From: Oligoflexia bacterium
GTDB lineage: Bacteria; Bdellovibrionota; UBA1018
DNA length: 27,125 nt
Direction of reading: 5' to 3'
Assembly (NCBI GenBank): GCA_043732485.1
Contig: JAYTHP010000182.1
Coordinates: forward strand, 1 to 27,125
Below, piece after piece: positions 26,247-27,125 of the stretch. Positions within the stretch are counted from its first letter, which is position 1. Every line of letters begins with the position of its first letter. Made by a program: the position numbers and the translations under genes. The notes beneath the pieces were generated by a model. The model had not been told where the DNA came from, ran no database searches, and saw only the letters and a list, made by a program, of their open reading frames with translations.

Positions 26247-27011
26247 ATGTCTATGATCCAACCTTTTAGACGGTTTTGCTTGCAGGTCACCACCAACGCC
26301 TCCACACTGACAACGACTCGCTTCCTGTTGCTTGCGGCAGCAAGCCTTGTTGCAACCTCAGCGGAAACCAAGGCGCAAGAAAACGTGCACCGCCTCACTC
26401 TGACGGCCCTTCAGCACCAGGTGGCCATCCCCCATGAAATCACCGAGCAAGTGGCCACCGTGGGCCTCAGTGCTAGGGCGCAAAGGAAAGAATTGGCGCA
26501 ATTCGCCCAAGCCCAAGCGGACCTGGAATGCCTCACGCATCGCTGTGGGAGTGCGCCTTGCGTGCGGGCGGTGAGTTTTCAAATCGTCAAAGCTCCAGCC
26601 ACCCGAGACTCCGTGCTGCGCATCCCCAACCGCTCACACTCAAGGTCGAGTCTCAAGGCCCGGGACTGGGATTTTTATTCGCAAAAAAACCCCCCACCAC
26701 CACTACCATCATCCCACCTCTTTGACGATTATTTCACGACCATCGTGTGCTCGTCTCAGCCAACCAAAAGCAATTTTTCTTCCGCCGTGATTCCCGAAAC
26801 GCCAGCCGGCAGCTCAGCTGAGCATGCTGCTCTTACCCAAAGCCGAGCAACCTCGCAGCCGACCCTGGTACCTGAAAGCGTTGAGACGCAAGATCAAGAC
26901 TGCGTGCAAGAGCATCCACTCGACTCTCACCAGCGCAAGCCGCTCAAACTCCGCTTCCCCGCCACTAGCGCCCGACTCAAAAGGCTGCAAGCATTTTTAG
27001 CGGGGCAATAA
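26247..27011 (+). CDS. hypothetical, probably secreted protein
   Basis: ATG 26247 after GAAGGG; hydrophobic FLLLAAASLVA followed by a possible cleavage site; Ser/Pro-rich C-terminal half; no recognised domain. Confidence 0.65.
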   Translation: MSMIQPFRRFCLQVTTNASTLTTTRFLLLAAASLVATSAETKAQENVHRLTLTALQHQVAIPHEITEQVATVGLSARAQRKELAQFAQAQADLECLTHRCGSAPCVRAVSFQIVKAPATRDSVLRIPNRSHSRSSLKARDWDFYSQKNPPPPLPSSHLFDDYFTTIVCSSQPTKSNFSSAVIPETPAGSSAEHAALTQSRATSQPTLVPESVETQDQDCVQEHPLDSHQRKPLKLRFPATSARLKRLQAFLAGQ

Positions 27012-27125
27012 CGTTTCGCCTGGAAGCCAACGCGGGCGCAAAGCGGGGAACGGTCACCACAGCGGTGGGCCTTGACTGCTCCCCCTTTTCGTGCTGTCAA
27101 AATCCTGACGGTCATGCCTGACCAT

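Noticed and set aside
1..27125. CRISPR arrays, tRNA/rRNA, transposases, integrases, defence systems
   Set aside because: No regularly spaced repeat-spacer pattern, cloverleaf or relevant protein motif seen. The helicase is RecQ-type with no defence-associated neighbours.

Overview
Core-genome-like bacterial window from a Gram-negative organism. A Bdellovibrionota/deltaproteobacteria-like lineage is inferred from gene content (Tgl/PilW lipoprotein next to rodZ, lepA followed by an uncharacterised gene); this was not verified. About 23 CDS. Left part: galE, an atypical SMR transporter, ppa, a K+/H+ antiporter and a short RecQ. Middle: a translationally coupled LPS/envelope cluster (GT9-GT2 fusion, two GT2s, a class I glutamine amidotransferase, a flippase-like protein), lepA, an RlmD-type methyltransferase, a TPR lipoprotein and rodZ. 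Right part: lptF, a wcaJ-like phosphotransferase, pepA, asnS and trmL. No tRNA, rRNA, CRISPR array or mobile element was recognised. Most notable: (1) three perfect co-oriented DnaA boxes with an IHF-like site in the convergent rodZ/lptF gap, with no dnaA in the window; (2) an orphan secreted protein made of two copies of an unrecognised domain, behind a near-consensus promoter and ending in a PP1-docking-like motif, plus a second orphan secreted protein with an RVxF-like motif; (3) an SMR protein whose essential Glu14 appears replaced; (4) pervasive Pro/Ser/Gly-rich extensions and slippage repeats in housekeeping genes. All family calls come from motif recognition by eye; no searches were run.
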